The notes under the pieces were generated by a model that was given only the letters and a program-made list of their open reading frames with translations, had not been told where the DNA came from and ran no database searches. Positions 62,193 through 64,000 of a stretch of DNA of 64,000 nucleotides are shown piece after piece (the first letter of the stretch is position 1; each line of letters starts with the position of its first letter). Made by a program: the position numbers and the translations under genes. Source of the DNA: the human T2T-CHM13v2.0 reference genome, Homo sapiens; the NCBI RefSeq assembly GCF_009914755.1, contig NC_060932.1; one strand, written 5' to 3'.

Positions 62193-63746
62193 TCAACTTT
62201 CAGGTGAGCTGGCTTCCTGTATAACTCTTGTATAGGACAGAACATACTGGTTGGGGCAAGTGAAACTGTCTAGTTGTATGCCTCATAAATTAATGAATTT
62301 CCTTTCTAATATATACACTGATATTTATACACACATACACATAAAACCAAGCTCAATAGATGGGTAGTGCAGCTCTATTCCCCAAAACCCAACTACCCTG
62401 TAACAAGACACATTAGACTTTTGAGATTGCAAGGATGAGGACTGAAATGCTGGCCTAGACCATGGTGTTGCCATAGTGGGGTGACCAGTCTGAATAGCCA
62501 ACAATGCTTCCTCAGTAAATACCCATTTTGTCTTGGTGGGATTTCTACAAATTGCAAAATGCAGCTATTATGAAGCTGTAAAAGAGAAACAGAAACATGT
62601 AACACCTGGGACTGTTTTATTAGGCCCACCGTATGCTCAGAACATGAAATCTCCACTGCTAGGGTTATTTGATTGAAATTATCTTTTGTGTTGATGTGAG
62701 AGTTTAGCTCTGAGATTCTTCCACATGTAAAATGTAATCCCCCAAAGTATTTGGCAAGCACATTTTATTGCCTTGGGTCAGATAATTGAAACATTAGGCA
62801 TCATATATATAGCATGTAAAAAGTAAAACAGAAACATTTATGTTTCTCACCAAGCAGTAAATTAGTACTCAACTAATAAATTTCTTAAACTCCCTAATAA
62901 CAGAATATGGAAACAAAAAATAAATCTTTCCAAAAGAAGAGCTCATGGACACATTTCCTCATATATGTATACATAATATAGTAGAACACATGATAAATAA
63001 CCTATAAAAATGATACCAATATCATTCATCAAGAGACGAGGCTCTTCTTTAAATTATTAATTTCATCTGTTACAGGTTTTATTATGACTGTAGTATGCTG
63101 TTTTCATCTACCTTTTATGTGTAGTTAAAAAAATAGTTTTCTATCTCTTTACCTTTATTTCAGCCTTTAAAAAGATTCCATTATTTTTTCATTAATCTTG
63201 TTTTTCAGTTTTTCCCATTTTTTCTTTTAAACATTTCTTAAGGAACCATATTTAAGATTTTATAGAATACTTAGATTTCTAGTTGGGATGTATCATTTAA
63301 AATTAGATATGTAGAGAGAGTGTTATGATATATTTCCTTACGATATATTAGTGGTTATAGTACCTAAATTTGAATAGTGATTCTGTTCATTCATTCATTC
63401 ATTCATTCAATATTCACTTCCAGGAGATTGGGGACTTATTTAAAGACAGAGTAGTTCACATTATAGTTCCTTTTTTTAGTCCTTCTTATTCGTTAAAGAA
63501 AAGACTAGGAAATGTTTGTTATTACAAATATTTTATTAAAATTTTGTGTGCTCTAGCATTATTTTACCTTTTAAAATCAATATGTTAAAAATCCAACTTC
63601 TTTTTGAGCTCCCCATAAAAAGGGAATTATTTGTTGCTTATGGGTTTAACTTGTGTTATTTTTTTCTTAATGGCTAATTATCATACATATATTCTATTAT
63701 TGTATTGATATTACTGATCATTTGTGCTACATTAAAAATTCTGTAG

Positions 63747-63959
<213 letters not shown>

Positions 63960-64000
63960 TGACTTGGGATCAATTTCCTCCAACCCTACAATAAATCTCA

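Overview
Human (or very closely related hominid) genomic DNA lying entirely inside the WRN gene (Werner syndrome RecQ helicase) on the + strand. It runs from the 3' part of exon 15 to exon 32 (exon numbers and c. positions recalled from NM_000553). All 18 exons were placed by hand with GT-AG boundaries and consistent phases. They encode about residues 589-1273: helicase motifs Ia-VI, the Zn-binding subdomain, the RQC winged helix, the linker and HRDC. The introns are mostly Alu, L1, L2, MIR, Tigger/MER and MLT2 repeats, plus two antisense retrocopies: a SUMO2 processed pseudogene in intron 23 and a 3'UTR-like retrocopy in intron 18. There is no new protein-coding system, RNA gene or CRISPR array, and most short ORFs in the track are Alu, L1 or Tigger noise. 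The most interesting signals are places where retroposition and template switching built or primed splice signals in WRN. (1) An L1 target-site duplication copied the exon-16 donor. (2) A 106-nt latent pseudoexon uses the antisense poly(A) tail of a retrocopy as its acceptor. (3) There are further latent or poison exons. (4) Three local templated rearrangements are visible: a micro-inversion with a hairpin, a templated insertion inside an Alu, and a perfected palindrome in the SUMO2 pseudogene. Repeat boundaries and subfamilies are approximate, assigned by eye.
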